From Myxococcales bacterium (lineage in GTDB: Bacteria; Myxococcota; Myxococcia; Myxococcales; Anaeromyxobacteraceae), in the NCBI GenBank assembly GCA_038320275.1, contig JBBQEB010000048.1, positions 1 through 24,181 of the forward strand: a stretch of DNA of 24,181 bases. The letters run 5' to 3'. The position numbers and the translations under genes are program-made. Under the pieces are notes generated by a model. The model did no database searches. It saw only the letters and a program-made list of their open reading frames with translations, and was not told the origin of the DNA. Positions 20,611-24,181 of this stretch are shown here, one piece after another. Position 1 is the stretch's first letter, and each line of letters opens with the position of its first letter.

Positions 20611-21366
20611 GTGCGCGCCGCGGCCGTCCTGGGCTGCGCCGCGGCCGCGCTGCTCGCCTGCCGGGACCCGACGGCGGGGCCGGGCCGACTCCCCGGCCCG
20701 CGCGCGCCGCTGCCCACCTACACCGCCCACCGGGCGCGGGGGCCGGTGGCGGTGGACGGGCAGCTCGACGAGGCGGCCTGGTCTTCCGCACCCGCCGTTC
20801 ACCTCGTCGAGACGTTGACCGGAGCCGCCCCGAGCTACGCCACCCGCGCACGGCTCCTGTGGGACGACGCGGCCCTGTACGTGGCCTTCGACTGCGAGGA
20901 CGACCTCGTCTGGGCGCGCCCCCGCCGGCACGACGACGACGCCATCTACGAGGACGAGGTGGTGGAGCTCTTCCTCGACCCCAGCGGCGTCGGGCGCGAC
21001 TACGCCGAGCTGGAGGTGTCGCCCGCGAACGTGCGCTTCGACGCCCGTTTCGCGCACCCGAGGAGCGACCTCTCCACCGCGCTCGCCTGGAGCTCCGGGC
21101 TGCGCAGCGCGGTCGCTGTGCAGGGGGAGATCACGCGAGGTGACGAGCCGCCGCGGGCCGCCCGGCGGTGGACGGCGGAGCTGGCCGTCCCCTGGTCATC
21201 GCTCACCGGGCGCCCGCCCCGGGTCGGGCAGCGCTGGCGCATGAACCTGTACCGGCTGGAGACGCACAACCTTCGGGGAGTCCAGGAGGGCTCCGGCTTC
21301 TCGGCGCCGCTCCGCGGCGACTTCCACGCGCTCGATCGCTTCGGCTGGCTGGAGCTCGCCGATTAG
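20611..21366 (+). CDS. Putative lipoprotein with carbohydrate-binding family 9-like (DOMON-like) domain; start uncertain (20527 or 20611)
   Basis: 'VDGQLDEAAW', 'TRARLLWDDAALYVAF..ED', 'DEVVELFLDP', 'YAELEVSP', 'WTAELAVPW', 'WRMNLYR', 'DFHALDRFG'. Lipobox LLAC (Cys at 20659) after a hydrophobic stretch. Confidence 0.82.
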   Translation: MRAAAVLGCAAAALLACRDPTAGPGRLPGPRAPLPTYTAHRARGPVAVDGQLDEAAWSSAPAVHLVETLTGAAPSYATRARLLWDDAALYVAFDCEDDLVWARPRRHDDDAIYEDEVVELFLDPSGVGRDYAELEVSPANVRFDARFAHPRSDLSTALAWSSGLRSAVAVQGEITRGDEPPRAARRWTAELAVPWSSLTGRPPRVGQRWRMNLYRLETHNLRGVQEGSGFSAPLRGDFHALDRFGWLELAD

Positions 21367-21379
21367 CGCCTCGCCGAAC

Positions 21380-21643
21380 TCACGACGAAGGTTCGGGCGT
21401 GATGGTCCAGCGGCTGTCGGCCACCGAGGGCTGAGAGGGATCGCCCTCGAACACGAGGTAGCGGTTCATCTCGAGGGTATCGACGAGCGCCTCCGCCTCC
21501 ACCTCCGAGCACTGCAGCTTCTGCGCGAGCACGTCGCGAAAATAGCTGCGTCCACGGAGGTAGCCGACCGGGGGCTCGCCGGGCGGGATGTGGTCGCGGA
21601 GCGTCTGCGCGAGCTCCGCCAGGTCGGTGCGCTCGAGGTCCAT
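21380..21643 (-). CDS. Small acidic hypothetical protein (87 aa)
   Basis: Protein-like composition (PVGYLRGRSYFRDVLAQKLQCSEVEAEALVDTLE). It fills the gap between two + strand genes and has a promoter-like element upstream. Confidence 0.75.
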   Translation of the reverse strand: MDLERTDLAELAQTLRDHIPPGEPPVGYLRGRSYFRDVLAQKLQCSEVEAEALVDTLEMNRYLVFEGDPSQPSVADSRWTITPEPSS

Positions 21644-21649
21644 GCGATG

Positions 21650-21678
21650 GATGTAAGGCTCCCCCCGAGCCGAGTCGA
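21650..21678 (-). promoter_or_regulatory. Putative leaderless promoter of the 87-aa gene
   Basis: Minus strand TCGACT(21678-21673)-N17-TACATC(21655-21650)-N6-ATG(21643). Confidence 0.45.
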
Positions 21679-21770
21679 TCCGGAGGGTTTGTGGTGAGCC
21701 AGGCCATCGGGTTTACATGGAGGGCGCGAGTTCGCGGCCGTCGCGGAGCGCCACGGACCGGTGGAGCACG

Positions 21771-22610
21771 ATGAGCTTGGACCCGAACACGACCCCGCGA
21801 TTGCCTTGCGCGGACACGCTCTCGCTGGAGGCGCCGCTCGCCCACTACCGCGCGTTCGGCTGGGCGCGGCTCGGTGTCATCGCCACGCCCGACGCACTGG
21901 CGGCGCTCCGCGAGCGCACCGAGGCGCTCATGCTGGGCGAGGTGGTCCATCCCGGGCTCTTCTTCCAGCACGACTCTCCGTCCGGGCGCTACGACGAGGT
22001 CCCCCGCGGCCGCGGCTGGGAAGGTCCGTCCCTGCGCTATCGCAAGCTGGAGAAGCTGGAGCGCGACCCCGTCTTTGCCGGCTTCCTCCGCAACGCGCTC
22101 TTCGCCCGCATCGCGCGGGCGGTGATCGGGCCGGAGGTGTCGCTGTGCCGCGCGGTGCTCTTCAACAAGGCGCCGCGCGGCGGCACCGACCTGCCCTGGC
22201 ACCAGGACGGCGGCTCGTTCTGGGGCCTCACCCGCGACCCCGAGCTGCAGATCTGGACCTCGCTGGATGACGCGCCCGTCGAGGCGGGCTGCGTGGAGCT
22301 CGTGCCGGGGAGCCACCTCGCCGGACTCGCCACGCCGCTCGGCGGCGTCATCCCGGGCGACGTCGTCGCGCGCTCCGGCGCCGCGTTGCAGGCTCTTCGC
22401 GTGCCCGCCCTCGCCGGCGAGGCGCTGCTCATTCACAATTACTGCTGGCACCGCTCTGGCCGGAACGCCACCGGCCTGCCCCGGCGCGCGCTCACGGTGT
22501 GCCTCATGGACGCGGCCACCCGCTGCACCCGCCGCCGCTCGCCGAGGCAGTTCGAGCGGCTCGTGGCCGCGCCCGATCGAGACGATGGGGGCGGCGGCGC
22601 CCCGCCATGA
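21771..22610 (+). CDS. Phytanoyl-CoA dioxygenase (PhyH)-family Fe(II)/2-oxoglutarate oxygenase
   Basis: 'FNKAPRGG..LPWHQD', 'IWTSLDDAPVEAGCVELVPGSH', 'AGEALLIH...WHRSGRN.TG.PRRA' give the HxD...H triad and the 2OG-binding Arg. ATG 21771 with GGAG preferred over 21717. Confidence 0.9.
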   Translation: MSLDPNTTPRLPCADTLSLEAPLAHYRAFGWARLGVIATPDALAALRERTEALMLGEVVHPGLFFQHDSPSGRYDEVPRGRGWEGPSLRYRKLEKLERDPVFAGFLRNALFARIARAVIGPEVSLCRAVLFNKAPRGGTDLPWHQDGGSFWGLTRDPELQIWTSLDDAPVEAGCVELVPGSHLAGLATPLGGVIPGDVVARSGAALQALRVPALAGEALLIHNYCWHRSGRNATGLPRRALTVCLMDAATRCTRRRSPRQFERLVAAPDRDDGGGGAPP

Positions 22611-22612
22611 CG

Positions 22613-24181
22613 TCAGCTCCGCTCCCGCCACAGCGCCACCGCGTCGAGGGCGGTGGCTGCGGGCGCCGGGCGGAAGCGCTTGCCGTCGGAGAGGAGCCGG
22701 ACGGCGCCCTCGTCGGTGCGAAACACCGCTGCGCCCATGCTCTTCCATCGTTCGACGACGCCCGGTGCCGGGAAGCCGAAGCGGTTGTCCCTGCCCAGCG
22801 AGAGCACCGCGAAGGTCGGGCGTGTCGCCCGCACGAGGGCCCAGCCCGAGCTGGTGGCGCTGCCGTGGTGGGGCACCTTGACGAGGTCGACGTGGAGCTT
22901 CTCGGGCGCGGTCGCCGCCAGCAACGCCCCCTCGCCTTCGCGCTCCACGTCCCCGCACAGGAGGAGACTGGTCGCGCCGTAGGTCACCCGGAGGACGAGC
23001 GAGGCGTCGTTCTCGGTCCAGGCGGCGCTGTCCTCGGGAGGGCCCAGCGCCTCGAACCGGACGCCCGCTCGCTCCCAGCTCGAGCCGGGAGAGAGGACCG
23101 TGGCGGGTGGAAGGCGCGCCAGCACGGCCGCGCTGACCTCGTCTCCCTGCCGGCCACTCGAGAAGAGCCGCGCCCCCGGATAGGCAGCCGCCACCGCGGG
23201 AAGGCCGAACAGGTGATCGGGGTGCGGGTGGGAGACGAACAGGGCCGCCACCTCCCGCACGCCCGCGTCGCGAAGCCAGGGCACGATGTCGCGCGCGCCC
23301 GGATCGTAGCGACCGGTCGCCTCGCCCCCGCCGTCCACCAGCACCGCCGCGCCGTCGGGGAGCACCAGCACGGCGGCGTCGCCCTGGCCCACGGAGAGGA
23401 ACGTGACCTCGAGCCCGCCTCGCCGTCCAGCGGCGAGGTGGCGCAGGTGTGGCGGGAGGAGGAGGGCACAAAGCGCGAGCCCCGCGCAGGCGAGCCGCCC
23501 AAGGCCACGGGCGCGCCAGGCGAGCGCGCCGGCCCCGAAGAACGCCGCAACGCCGAGGACTCCCGGCGAGCCGACCCCCACTGCCGCCCAGCGCGGCGCC
23601 GCGAAGAGGTCGTTCGCCCAGAGCAGGAGCGAGGCGAGCGGCCTGCAGAGGAGGAGGAGCGGCGGAGCGGCCGGGGGAAGGAGCGCGCTCGCGAGGGCGG
23701 CCAGGGCAGCGGTCACCGTCAGGGCAGACCCGATGGGAACGCCGACGAGATTGGAGACCACTGCCAGAAGGGAGAGCCGGCGAAAGTGGTAGGCGACGAT
23801 GGGCGCCGTGGCGACCGTGGCGGCTGCGCTGGCGCAGAGCGCGCCCAGCAGCGCCTCCCCGGCGCGCGCGAGGAGCCCCGCCCGCGCGCGGGGGACCGGG
23901 ATCGCGCGGCGCAGCGGGCCGGAGAGGATCGCCAGGCCGGCCACGGAGGCGAACGAGAGCTGGAAGGAGGCATCGAGCCAGGCGCCGGGCTCGAGGGCGA
24001 GCACCGCCAGCACGGCGAGCGCGAGGCCGTTCAGGACGTCCACCTCGCGGTCGAGGAGCACGCCCGCGAAGCCCAGGGCCGCCGCCAGAGCGGAGCGGAC
24101 GATGGGTACGTCAGCGCCGGTGGCGAGGGCGTAGAGGGCGGTGAGGGGAAGCGCGGCCAGGGCGGCCAGCCTGCGCGGATC
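22613..24181 (-). CDS. comEC: DNA internalisation competence protein ComEC/Rec2, 5'-truncated by the window edge
   Basis: Frame open from 24181. Competence-domain motifs 'VRSA', 'SFQLSFASV', 'TAPIVAYHF', 'SNL', then a metallo-beta-lactamase domain 'FLSVGQGDA', 'LVDGG', 'SHPHPDH', 'ENDASLV', 'GDVE', 'KVPHHGS', 'NRFGFP'. Confidence 0.95.
   Translation of the reverse strand, partial: DPRRLAALAALPLTALYALATGADVPIVRSALAAALGFAGVLLDREVDVLNGLALAVLAVLALEPGAWLDASFQLSFASVAGLAILSGPLRRAIPVPRARAGLLARAGEALLGALCASAAATVATAPIVAYHFRRLSLLAVVSNLVGVPIGSALTVTAALAALASALLPPAAPPLLLLCRPLASLLLWANDLFAAPRWAAVGVGSPGVLGVAAFFGAGALAWRARGLGRLACAGLALCALLLPPHLRHLAAGRRGGLEVTFLSVGQGDAAVLVLPDGAAVLVDGGGEATGRYDPGARDIVPWLRDAGVREVAALFVSHPHPDHLFGLPAVAAAYPGARLFSSGRQGDEVSAAVLARLPPATVLSPGSSWERAGVRFEALGPPEDSAAWTENDASLVLRVTYGATSLLLCGDVEREGEGALLAATAPEKLHVDLVKVPHHGSATSSGWALVRATRPTFAVLSLGRDNRFGFPAPGVVERWKSMGAAVFRTDEGAVRLLSDGKRFRPAPAATALDAVALWRERS

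Noticed and set aside
22608..22615. TGACGTCA palindrome as a binding site
   Set aside because: It is simply the two convergent TGA stops of the PhyH gene and comEC separated by CG.

Overview
Very GC-rich bacterial chromosomal segment. Gene content (DUF6178-like gene beside rpmB, AMIN protein, P/T/A hexamer repeats) suggests a myxobacterium such as Anaeromyxobacter; this is an inference. Bases 1-3132 hold the 3' end of a BREX anti-phage locus (partial brxD ATPase, then brxHI Lhr-like helicase). The rest is mostly housekeeping. A minus-strand run purM-purN-FAD oxidoreductase-rpmB-DUF6178 is divergent from folC-alpha/beta hydrolase-AMIN protein-lptD-tetR-serA-hisZ-purA. These are followed by an FHA membrane protein, a CBM9-like lipoprotein, a small hypothetical protein, a PhyH-family dioxygenase and a partial comEC. 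The most striking unannotated element is at 15506-15627. It has a promoter, a 22-codon Ser/Thr-rich uORF whose stop abuts the serA ATG, and a long hairpin that pairs the uORF Thr3-Ser4 codons with the serA Shine-Dalgarno. It is a candidate serine-sensing translational attenuator, and the peptide also resembles a collapsed class-V aminotransferase gene. Several promoters appear leaderless and lack the usual final T of the -10 box. All family assignments come from motif recognition by eye; no database searches were run.
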